This document shows, in pieces, positions 53,397-64,000 of a DNA stretch of 64,000 nt. How positions within the stretch are numbered: position 1 is the first letter of the stretch; every line of letters begins with the position of its first letter. Source of the stretch: Malacoraja senta (taxonomy: Eukaryota); assembly GCA_038087875.1 (NCBI GenBank), contig CM075995.1, forward strand, positions 4,962,001 to 5,026,000. The letters run 5' to 3'. Under the pieces are notes generated by a model. The model saw only the letters and a program-made list of their open reading frames with translations. It was not told the origin of the DNA and searched no databases. A program made the position numbers and the translations under genes.

Positions 53397-54012
53397 TTTT
53401 TAGTTTTAGAGATACAACGTGTCTGTCCCCCCCAAAGGTGACGCGTTCCAGGCACCCACCACCTTCGGCCCACAGAGTCAGTACCGACCAACGATCACCA
53501 GTACACTACTTCTATCCTACACCCTAGGGACAATTTACAGAAGCCAATTAACCTACAAACCTGCACATCTTTGGAACGCGAGGCGGCACGGTAGCTCAGC
53601 GGTAGTATTGCTGACTTACAGTGCGAGAGACCCCGGTTCAATCCTGACTACGGGTGCTGTCTGTACAGAGTTTGCACGTTCTCCCCGTGACCTGCGTGGG
53701 TTTTCTCCGAGAACTTAGTTTTCATCCCACACTCCAATGACATACATAATTCTAGGTTAATTGGCTTGGTATAAATGTAAAATTGTCCCTAGTGTGTGTA
53801 GGATAGTGTTAATGTGCAGGGATCGCTGGTCGGTGCGGACTCGGTGGTCCAGAGGGCCTGTTTCCGCGCTGTATCTCTAAACTAATCCAGAGCACTCAGA
53901 AAAAACCCACGTGGTCACAGGGAGAAATACAAACTCCCTACAGGCAGCATCAGTAGTTAAGATCGAACCCATGTTTCTGGCACTGTAAGGCAGCAACACC
54001 ACCACTACGCCA
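53397..54012. mobile_element. Full + strand HE1 SINE (53582-53885) nested in a - strand SINE
   Basis: Minus-strand SINE pieces on both sides are colinear. Confidence 0.85.
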
Positions 54013-54161
54013 TCCAGTTCATGAGACATTTGGGTTTTGCAATAAAACTATGACCATTACATGATCAACACATCTACTGTTTACATCTGTAATCACTGCA
54101 CAGTATAAATACCACTCGTGTGAACAGCACAATGTAAAAGGAGAAAGTTAATTCAGCTGAC

Positions 54162-54259
54162 CTTGCCTAATGCTGTTAACAGCTGGAAGTCAATGTTGTC
54201 TCTGTGTCGCAGGATTTTAAGGATGCCATCCAGGTAGACTTGGTCTTTGCTAAAACATC
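54162..54259 (-). CDS. MATCAP2: MATCAP2 (KIAA0895) penultimate coding exon (not in the ORF track)
   Basis: Minus strand ctcattcag|GA TGT TTT AGC AAA GAC ... GGC AAG|gtcagc; 98 nt. Translates (G)CFSKDQVYLDGILKILRHRDNIDFQLLTALGK, the conserved MATCAP KDQVYL.G motif. Phase 0 join to the 49300 exon. Confidence 0.93.
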
Positions 54260-54490
54260 CTGAATGAGATAAATCAGATCATGCTTATGAATTCATTTCT
54301 TTCCGTCACCAAGATTTTCATTTTCATTTTGTATTCTCAAATCAAGGTGGGAACAGGGAGGAAAGAAATAGGATCGGCCGAGGTTGGAGGAGTGAACGGT
54401 GAGGGAAAAAGGAAGGTTAATGGGGGCAAGAAAAATACCAAGATTGAGTGAGTGCATGGTGCAGTTATGTGAAGAAAAAACTCACAGATA

Positions 54491-55076
54491 AGTGAAGTCC
54501 CACTTAGGCGTATTTTTCGGCGACTGCCGCCGTCTGTCATAGTCGTAGCAGGTCGCCGAACAACCGGAGACTGGACCCCTCCTACGACAATGTCTACAAC
54601 AACCTACCTCCTAGTCGACGTCAAGCTACGGCAAGCTACCGACAACCGGCGACCCATTAGGACGTCCACCTACAACCACACCTACGACAACCTACGTCCA
54701 CCCGCGACAAGCTTCGACAAGGTAAGACAATTCAATCACCGGCACCTGTCGCCAGTTGACGTAGGTTGATGTAGGTAGTCGCCAATGGAACTCACCGAAG
54801 TCAGCACCGGCGACAACCTACGTCATCCTGGCATCAGCCTACATTAACTAGGCGACAACCTACCATAGCACCTACGTCAGGAGAAGTCAAGATACGCTCA
54901 AATGTCAAACCCACTGTTGGCAAAAAAATTTCAACATGTTGAAAATTTTGCGGCAACCAGAAAGACGCTACGACTGAGGAGACTACTCACGACCATACAG
55001 GCGACACCCCGGCGACCATCGGCGAACATGTGTCAACAGCCAAGTCGGCAGTAGTCGCCTAAGTGGGACAGGCCCA
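54491..55076. mobile_element. PIF/Harbinger MITE
   Basis: gtcccacttaggcg / cgcctaagtgggacaggccca followed by tta; internal (cgacaacctac) repeats; palindrome tttcaacatgttgaaa. Confidence 0.82.
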
Positions 55077-55309
55077 TTAGAGTTTCTTTCACAATTCTAA
55101 TTTTCCGCAAATGCCTTTTATGATCAATGATCACACTACAAAAGATTAACACGCAACAAAACGCTTTTCACTGTATCCGGGCACACGTGACAATAAACTA
55201 AACTACATTTAATATTGTAGGGGTAGCCAATCAGCACACACAACAATGAAAGTGAAGATCAGAAAAAGAGGGAAGGACATTGCCTTGGAATTTCAATCAA
55301 CATTGATTG

Positions 55310-55635
55310 GGCGGCACGGTGGCCCAGCGGTAGAGTTGCTGCCTTACAGCGCTTGCAGGACCAGAGACACGGGTTCAATCCTTACTACGGGTGCTGTCTG
55401 TACAGAGTTTGTACGTTCTCCCCATGACCTGCGTGGGTTTTTTTTCCGAGATCTTCGATTTCCTCCCACACTCCAAAGACGTACAGGTTTGTAAGTTCAT
55501 TGGCCTGGTTACAAGTGTAAATTGTCCCGAGTGTGTGTAGGATAGTGATAGTTTGCAGGGCTCGCCGGTCGTTGCGGACTCGGTGGGCCAAAGGCTTGTT
55601 TCCGCGCTGTATCTCTAAACTGAACTAAACTAAAG
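55310..55635 (+). mobile_element. Full-length HE1/V-type SINE
   Basis: tRNA head, V-domain and ctaaa tail. Confidence 0.9.
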
Positions 55636-56029
55636 TGAAGGGACATCATTCACTGGCGGTCTTGTAGAAAGTGACCCACTGAGACTTGCTGAAGTCTGTG
55701 GCATAGACATTCCCTTATGCCAGGTTCCCCGGCCTGGCACTTTCCATGGTGACTCATTGACTAACATTGATGAGCAGACTGGGCAGGCAATCAGGCTGAA
55801 AGGTCCTTAGACTGCAAACCATGAAGTAAAAAAAATATTTTTTAATGTCCTTTTAAACATTTTGCAACAGAAAATAAAATAAATATGGATCAAGTTAACC
55901 AATATCATGGAGGTTGTGGGCCAAAGGTGTGTTACTGTGCTGTACTGTTGTATGTTCTAACAATACGTTAATTAAATGCCCCGACCATTGAAGATCAGCA
56001 CACCATGCGCCATGTGATAAGGTAACTAT

Positions 56030-56800
56030 ATACAATACAGTACAATATGGTTTTATTCGTCACATTGCACATAAAGTGCAAGTGAAATGAATTTGCCAGC
56101 AGCAGTACAATGATAAAGAACACACAATACACAATAAAAATTTAACACAAACATCCACCACAGCATTCATCACTGTGGTGGAGGGCACAAAATTTGGCCA
56201 GTCCTCCTCCATTTTCCCCCGTGGTCGGGACCTCAACCCTCCGCAGCCGTCGCTGCGGGCGTCCAGATGTTTAGACAAGGTAAGTCCAGATAAGTCCTGA
56301 ATGGGTGCCTCCCCACCGGAGACTGCGGCTTCAAGATGGTGTAGGCCGCAGGCCGGCGGTTGAAGATTTAAAGTCCCCGCCGCGCCGCAGCCAGAAGCAC
56401 CGCAGACTGCAGGGCCTGCGGTCGAAGCTCCCCTCCAGGGGTGATGGTAAGTCCACGCCGGGCTCACGGTAGAAGTTGGCCGCGTGCCAGCGGTGGTGGC
56501 TTCTTCTACTCCCGGGTCCCCCACGAGGGATCCCGGGCTGCGGACGCCGCGCCAGCTGGAGCTCTGCAGACCGCGGCTTCAGGCTGCCGGCTGCCGCGGG
56601 CCAGCGAAACGGAGCGCTCCTCTCTGGCGAGCCCCAGTGAGGGCTCGCCCGCTCCACGCCAAGAGTCCACGCTGCGCCCGCCGCTGAAGCCCCGGGCACG
56701 TCTCCGGGAAAGGCCGCACCGATCCTCGTTGTTAGGCCACGGGGGAGGCGACATGGAAAAAGTCGCCTCTCCATGGAGGAGGCGACCGAAACGGTTTCCA
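56030..56800 (-). mobile_element. Unclassified GC-rich non-coding retroposon, copy 3 (5'-truncated); isolated tail also at ~26600-26672
   Basis: (tattg)n tail; hairpin ccaccacag..ctgtggtgg; 5' part aligns by eye with copy 1. Confidence 0.65.
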
Positions 56801-57949
56801 TGCCACACAGGCTGTGGAGGCCAAGTCAATGGATATTTTTAAGGCAAAGATAGTTAGATTCTTGATTAGTTCTGGTGTCAGTGATTATAGGGAGAAGGCC
56901 GGAGAATGGAGTTAAGAGGGATGCCATGATTGAATGGCGGAGTAGACTTGATGGGCCAAATGGTCTAATTCTGCTCCTATCACTAATAAACTTATGAACA
57001 TATGGGTAGACTGGAATGCCTGAGTTGAGGTAAAAAAATCTGAGCAATAATTATTTGATTAAATGGCAAAGCAGTCTCGAGCGGCTGAGTGGCCTGTTCA
57101 TGCTCCTTATTCACATGCTTGTTTATATGTTGACCACTAAACGTTGGCCAATGTTGCTATGTACTGACAGCTGCACGATCAGAGCTGGCCTCTGCCAGTT
57201 GACACACTAAACCAGGACTCTATGTGGCCTCTGCATGTACATGATCCCATTGCAATTTTTTTTTAAATGAGCAGGGTAGTTATACTGGCCTATAATTATA
57301 CCTGAACCAATATCACCAAAACAGATGTCTCAAAAATGTCATAATCAAGGACGAGTCGCACCCTTCCCACTCCCTCTTCTCCCCTCTCCCTTCAGGCAAA
57401 AGGTATAGAAGTGTGAAAACGCACACCATCAGTTTCAGGGACAGTTTTTTCCCAGCTGTTAGCAGGCAACTGAATCTTCCTACCACAACCAGAGAGCAGT
57501 GCTGAACTACTATCCACCTCATTGGTGACCCTCGGACTATCCTTGATCGGACTTTGCTGGCTCTGCCTTGCACTAAACGTTATTCCCTTATCATGTATCT
57601 ATACACTGTAAATGGATCGATTGTAATCATGTATTGTCTTTCCGCTGACTGGTTAGCAGGCAACAAAAGCTTTTCACTGTACCTCGGTACAAGTGACAAT
57701 AAACTAAACTGAAAAATTAAACTAAATGGAAGAACGGTCTCGACCCAAAACGTCACCCATTCCTTCTCTCCGGAGATGCTGCATGTCCCGCTGAGTTACC
57801 CCAGCACTTTGAGTCTATAAACTGAAAACATACAGTATATGTGGGACTCGCTGGCTATAAGATCTCTTCAGAAGATATGAGATCATGAAACTCGATATAT
57901 TTCATAAAGGCTTGTCGTACATTGATTACAAAACCATTGCGTTTCCACA

Positions 57950-58765
57950 GAGAAACAGTTGGGATGTTATGCTACAGCTGTACAAGACATAAGCAATGAT
58001 GGAAGGCCACGTTTAGAGTATTGTGTTCAGTTTTCGTCACCCGGTTTTGGGGAAGATATTGTTAAGCTGGAAAAAGTGCAGAGAAGATTATTCACGAGGA
58101 TGTCACCAGGACTTGAAGGCAAAAAGGGAGAAGTTGAGCAGGTTAGGATTTTATTCCTTGGAGTGCAGAAGGATGACGGATGATCTTACAGAGGTGTGTA
58201 AGATCATGAGGGGAATAGACGGGGTAAATGCACAGAGCCTTTTACCCAGAGTAGCAGAATCAAGAACCAGAGGACATACTGTAGGTTTAAGGTGCTGGTG
58301 GAAAAATTTAATAGGAACCTGAAGGGCAACCTTTTCACAGAAAGGGTTGTGGGCATATAGAATGAACTGCCAGAGGAGGTAGTTGAGGCAGGTAATATCA
58401 CAACATTTAAAATATCTGTAGATTGGCTATTGCATGCTAGCCAATTATAGTGCTTGTTGGTAGTAGCTCCGCCTAGTACGTGCTTTATAGTATCAAGAGC
58501 TCACCTACGCTAGCTAGTAGATGTAGCAGCTCGGAGCTGTAATGTATTGCAGATCCTATACTGTAAGTGATTTAATAAACGTGTTGTATCTTAATGTGTG
58601 TTCGGGTCACATCATTACAATATCTTTGGACAGGTACATGGATAGAAAAGGTTTAGAGGGATATTTGCCAAACACAGGCAGGCGGGACTAGTGTAGATGG
58701 GGCATTTTGGTCGGCATGGGCAAGTTGGGCCAAAGGGCCTGTTTCCATCTTGTATAACTCTATGA
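57950..58765 (+). mobile_element. CR1 3' fragment interrupted by a solo LTR
   Basis: RPRLEYCVQFSSP..LGFYSLECRRMTDDLTEVCKIMRG. Confidence 0.88.
58417..58619 (+). mobile_element. Solo LTR (203 bp)
   Basis: TGTA..TACA termini; perfect 5-bp TSD atatc (58412-58416, 58620-58624); internal AATAAA ~58574; the flanking CR1 joins seamlessly. Confidence 0.88.
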
Positions 58766-59849
58766 CTGTAGGGCTGTACATACCAATTTGGTTGCCTTTT
58801 CCGTGGCATGTAGCAGAACGTCCTTATGTCATAGGCATAGAGTCTTACAGCGTGGAAGCAGGCCCTTTGGCCCAACTTGCCCACACCAACCAACATGTCC
58901 CAGCAACATCAGTCCCACCTGCCTGCATTTGGCCCATGTCCCTCCAAATCTGTCCTATCCATTATCCTGTCTAACTGTTTCTTAAACATTGGGATAGTCC
59001 CTGCCTCAACTACCTCCTCTGGCAGCTGGTTCCATAGACCCACCACCCCATTTGTGTGAAAACGTTACCCCTCAGATTCCTGTTAAAACTTCCCCCCTCA
59101 CCTTGAACCTTTGTGAGAAAAGATAGATGGGGCATAGTGGTCGGCGTGGGTACGTTAGGCCAAAAGGCCCATTTTCCATGCTGTACATCTCTGACTCTAA
59201 ACAGGTATTCTACCATCACTATTTAACCTCCACAGAAGTGTCCTTCCACCATTGCTTATTAAGTTAAACATAGCCCTCCATTCCCTTCTGGTTCATGTGT
59301 TTATCCATCTTTCCCTTGAATCCAGTTCTTCTCAGTCCTCAATTTAATGGCCTTCTGAGTAAGAATGCTACCCTAAATTCCCCAATGGATTTCGTTGGTT
59401 CTGGTCTTGCCATGACTAAAATCATAAAGGTTTTCTTGTCTCTTCCTCCATAATGTTATTTACCTCCCTCCTTCTGCTGGACAGCCTGATTGATCAGCTG
59501 GACGCAAGCACAACTGGCTAAATTTGTTAAAAAGCAACCTGTTCCCGTCATACAGCTGACCAGGAGATATTCCGCTGGTAGAATGTATGTGTAACCTAAA
59601 CCAGGGCACTATTGGCATTTGGGCTATGTGAATTGCAGGATTTGCAGACCTTGCTCATTTATAAAACCCACACATCAGCACAGCTCTTGAAAAAGAAACT
59701 TGTCTTTAAAACATTCAAAGATACTGCCCGACACCACAGGTCGGCCTGGGCAAGTTGGGCTGAAGGGCCTGTTTCCACACTGTATCACTCTATGACCACA
59801 AAATTGAACCAAAAATCATTGCTCGTTGGGGTTCAGTTACCTTTAAAGT

Positions 59850-60640
59850 TTAGATATACAGCATGGAAACAGGCCCTTTGGCCCGCCAAGTCCATGACTA
59901 TCCCTGATTCCCCCCCCCCCTTCACACTAGTCATCTCACCGCACACTCGGGGCAATTTTACAGAGGCCAATTAACCTACAAACCCGCACATCTTTGGGAT
60001 GTGGGAGGAAACTGGAGCACCTGGAGGAAACCCGCACGGTCACAGGGGGAACCTGCAAACTCAGTACCGACAGCACCAAGGTCAGGATCGAACCCAGGTC
60101 TCTGGTATTATGAGGCAGATCTACAGGCTTAAGAAGTGACGATTCTCAAAGGGTTAAAAGTCCCTTTGAGTGATAATGTTTTTATTCAGTGTCATACAAC
60201 CTGCTCACACCAACCAAGATGTTCCATCTAAGCTACTCCCATGGCCCATATCCTATTAAACCTTTCCTATCCGTGTATCTTTCTAAATGTTCTTTAAGTG
60301 TTGTTATTGTACCCGCATCAACTACTTTCTCTGACAACTCGTTCCATGTTATTCAGTGAGAGATTTGTTCTCAGGAGGTGAACATCTCTTTAGACTTTAG
60401 AGATACAGCGCGGAAACAGGACCTTCGTCCCACCAAGTCCACGCCGACCAGGGATTACCTTATACATTAGCACTATCGTATACACTAAGGACAATTTACA
60501 AAAGCCAATTAACCTACAAACCTGTACATCTTTGGAGTGAGGGAGAAAACCGGAGCACCCACAAAAAACCCACGCAGTCACGGAGAGAACATACAAACTG
60601 CGTGCAGACAGCACCCGTAGTCAGGATCGAACCTGGCGCT
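59850..60640 (-). mobile_element. Two HE1-type SINEs (59850-60120, 60390-60640)
   Basis: Tail and V-domain in reverse complement. Confidence 0.85.
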
Positions 60641-60764
60641 TTAAGGCTCGACCTGAAACGTCGCCTATTGCTTTTCTCCAGTGACACTGCCTGACCCATT
60701 GAGTTACTCCAGCTTTTTATCTATCTTCGGTTTAACCCAGCATCTGCAGTTCCTTCCTACACAT

Positions 60765-62240
60765 TTTTACTGGATCGAGGATTGGCTTCAAGGAAGGAAA
60801 CAGAGTGTTGTCTTGAAAGATTGTTTATCGGACTGGAGACCGGTCACTAGTGATGTGCTTCAGGGATCGGTGGTGGGGCCCATTGCTGGTTATGATTTAT
60901 ATCAATGATTTGGATGAGAATGTACAAGGGATGATTTGTTCATTTTCAGATAACAATAAAGGTGGTATTGTGGTCAGTGAAAATGGCTGAAGAATGGCTA
61001 ATAGAGTTCGCCATTAGCCAAGGCTAATGACTAAGGAATGGCAAATGCCGTTTAATGCAGATAAGTGAGAGGCGTTGTATTTTGGGAGGTCAAACCAGGG
61101 CAGAACCTCCACAGTGAATGGTAGGGATCTGGAGAGGGTTAAGCAGAGAAATCGAGGAGTACAGGTACATAGTGCACTGAAAGTGGTGTAGATTGGGTGG
61201 AAAATAAGACTTTTAAAGCCCTGTCCCACTGTATGAGTTCATTCAAGAGTTCTCCCGAGTTTGCCCTGATTCGAACTCGGAGATTTACGGTAATGGCCGC
61301 TCGTAGGTACTCGAGGTTCTCGTGGACATTTTTCAACACGTTGAAAAATCTTCACGAGTCTTCCCGAGCTTTCCGCGATTCCCGAGTACCTGCCGTTAGC
61401 GTTACGAGCTGCTAAGAGACGTCCCCGAACTCCAACGTACCCGCTATGTACATTCTACGTGCTTCCTCGAGTTTAATTATTTTTTAAAACTCAGGAGAGC
61501 TCTTGAATGAACTCGTACAGTGGGACAGGGCTTTAAGTGTTTTGACCTACACCAGTCAACGTATTGACTATTGATACGTTGAGTTCTTGATTAGTGCGGG
61601 TGTCAGGGGTTATGGGAAGACGGCAGGAGAATGGGGTTAGGAGGGAGAGATAGATCAGCCATGATTGAATGGTGGAGTAGACTTGATTGTCTCAATGGCC
61701 TAATTCTGCTCCTATTACTTATGACCTAAAAAGTTGTACAAGACGTTGATGATGTCACATTTGGAGTATTAAGTTCAGTTTTAGTCACCCTGCTATAGAA
61801 AGAAAGTAATAAAGCTGGAAAGGGTGCAGAGAAGCTTTACTAGGATGTTGCCAGGACTCAAGGGCCTGCGCTATTCGGAGAGGCCGGGCAGGCTAGGACT
61901 TTATTCCTTGGAGTATAGGAGGCTGAGGGGTGATCTTATGAAGGCCTATAAAATCACAAGGAGAATAGCACAGTCTTTTACCCAAGATAGAGGAATCATG
62001 AACCAGGGCACATAGGTTTATGATGAGAGGAGCAAGTTTTTCTGCTCGGGTGTGGTGGTTATATGGAACAAGCTGCCATGGGTGATAGTTGAGGCAGGTA
62101 CTATAACAGCATTTGAAAGACACTTAGACAGATACAGGGATAGGAAAGGTTTTGAGCGATATGGGCCAAATGCAGGCAAATGAGACTAACTTAGATGGGG
62201 CATCTTGGTTGACATGGACAAGTTGGGCCAAAGGGTCTGT
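60765..62240 (+). mobile_element. Old CR1 RT/3' fragment with nested MITE
   Basis: WIEDWLQGRKQSVV..WRPVTSDVLQGSVVGP; VQRSFTRMLPGL..LYSLEYRRLRGDL. Confidence 0.85.
61216..61533. mobile_element. PIF/Harbinger-like MITE with long TIRs
   Basis: aagccctgtcccactgtatgagttcattcaagag / ctcttgaatgaactcgtacagtgggacagggctt; flanks tta / taa; internal ttttcaacacgttgaaaa. Confidence 0.85.
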
Positions 62241-62566
62241 TCCTTAACTACAAGACACTATAGTTGTCCCTTTTGCTGTTTGGACCAGGGAAATGAAGTC
62301 GGGGCTGTGATTTTGTGGCCAATTATATGTGATGGATGGTAGGATGATGGCTGCTGCAACTTTGACCTATACTGAGCAGAAATAATTGTAACACAATGTT
62401 CAGCACAGGAGGAAGAACTCAGGCCAATCCTCCCTGCCTCTGGGTCGACGGTCATTAAAACCAGCTATCAGTATTACCGCTCCCAGCTGAGCCTTTCACT
62501 CAGGCTAGAGATCATACTTGGGAACTTCCTGATCTGTCGGCCAGGTCTACTCCTCAGAGAAACTTA

Positions 62567-63106
62567 AGGGGCTGTCCCACTGCGGCGACCTAATCCGCGA
62601 GTTCTGACGAGTTTGCCCTCGACTCATACTCGCAGCATGGTCGACATGAGGTCCTAGGAGGTCTTTGTAACTCTCCTTCATGCTCGAGAGTAGCCCCCGC
62701 GTACTCGAGGCCTCAGCTAGGTCGCGGCGTATTTTTCAACATGTTGAAAAATGCCTGCGAGTAAAAAAAGGTCGCCATGAAAAAAATCAATACCATTTTT
62801 ACACATTGGTTTAGTCGAAGTAGGTCGTAGTAGGTCGGCATGTTATTTGTAGGTAATCGAGGGTAGTCAAAGGTAATCGAAGGTAGTCGTAGATAATCTT
62901 CAACATAGTCGAAGGGAGATCGAAGGAGGTCGAAGGAGATCGAAGGAGGTCGTCTTCACTCTCCACTATTCGGTGTCAAATTTTCCCGAAGCTAGTCGAA
63001 GCTAGTCTTCAACATAGTCGAAGGAGGTCGAAAGAGGTCTTCAACATGACACTTTTTCAAACTCTCCTAAACTTGCCAATTAGGTCGCCGCAGTGGGACA
63101 GCCCCT
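62567..63106. mobile_element. PIF/Harbinger MITE
   Basis: Perfect TIR aggggctgtcccactgcggcgacctaat; TTA TSD at 62564-62566 and 63107-63109; internal (gtcgaagga) repeats; atttttcaacatgttgaaaaat. Confidence 0.92.
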
Positions 63107-63399
63107 TTACTCCTCCAGTGCAGTCACCCCCACTTCTCCCCTCTCCCGTCAGGCAAGAGGTACAGAAGAATTAAAACACATGCCTCCAGATTCAGGGAGA
63201 GTTTCTTCCCAGCTGTTATCGGGAAACCGAACCATCCTATCCACAACTAGAGAGCCGTCCTGAAATACTGTCTATCTCATTGGAGACTCTCGGACTATCT
63301 TTAATCGGACTTTACCTTGCACTAAATGTCATTCACTTAATGTATCTGTACACTGCGGGTGGCTCGATTGTAATCGTGCATAGTCTTTCTGCTGACTGG

Positions 63400-63700
63400 T
63401 TAAACCCGTCTCACGGTGCAAGTCCACCCACAAGTGATCCCGAGTTTAAAACAAATCAAACTCGTGGTAATCACATAGAAGCGGGAACGTCGGAACTCGT
63501 GGACGTAACTTAGCGACTCGTAACGCTAACGGCAGGTACTCGGGAAACTTGTTAACTCGTGAAAATCTTTCAACATGATGAAAGATTTCCACGAGTCAAA
63601 TTTACTCTTGAAGTAAACACTTTAAACTTTTAAACTCGTAAGAACGTAGTAGCCCGTGAGTTTACCGTAGTGACTCGTGAGTCTACCGTGGGCACTCTTT
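63400..63700. mobile_element. Probable degenerate Harbinger MITE related to 61216-61533
   Basis: Start aacccgtctcacgg; ctcgtaacgctaacggcaggtactcggga matches the reverse complement of ~61380-61408; tctttcaacatgatgaaaga palindrome. Confidence 0.6.
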
Positions 63701-64000
63701 AACTCAGCGGGACAGGCAGCATCTCTGGAGAGAAGGAATGGGTGACGGGATGACGTTTCCAAAATTCTGCTGCGTCTTTGTGTTACTCCAGCACTGTGTG
63801 TTCACTTTTTGTCAACCAGCATCTGCCCTTTCTTGTGTATGACATTATTTGTATCCGTGGCAGTTGATTGTCACTCCCTTCAGTTTCCAGCGGGTCGGGA
63901 CGTGACTGGAGTTGGGAGGGAAAGGTGGGGGGGGGGGAGGGGAGTGGGGGGAGGGGAGTGGGGGGAGGGGGGGGTTGGGGTGACTTAGTACGGGAGACAA

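Noticed and set aside
54560..54900. CRISPR-like or iteron-like short repeats (also 33255-33420, 62810-63050)
   Set aside because: Irregular internal repeats of Harbinger MITEs in vertebrate DNA; no constant repeat-spacer period and no cas genes.
54260..64000. Further upstream MATCAP2 exons
   Set aside because: I could not find the expected preceding coding sequence by eye; it probably lies beyond the window.

Overview
Eukaryotic, repeat-dense vertebrate DNA; the SINE and LINE families point to a cartilaginous fish, probably a skate or ray (inference). The window holds the 3' ends of two convergent genes. The last three coding exons of EEPD1 lie on the + strand (260-6702) and the last two coding exons of MATCAP2/KIAA0895 on the - strand (49142-54259), matching the human gene order. 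Most of the rest is transposon-derived: HE1/V-type tRNA SINEs, CR1 (HER1-like) LINEs, AT-rich L1 copies (two nested with intact TSDs), Rex1/Babar fragments, Penelope remnants, a decayed Gypsy element, a solo LTR, PIF/Harbinger and hAT MITEs, and long microsatellites. Most notable: (1) about a dozen dispersed minimal hammerhead-ribozyme-like motifs (CTGAAGA-A-stem II-GAAACGTC) carried by Penelope 3' tails, several in palindromic elements; (2) a CR1 derivative with an intact esterase ORF1 fused in frame, apparently at its stop codon, to the end of ORF2; (3) an unrecognised ~800-bp GC-rich non-coding retroposon family with a covarying hairpin; (4) diverged Harbinger MITEs sharing a TIR core and an internal palindrome. 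Repeat boundaries were read by eye and are approximate unless a TSD is quoted.
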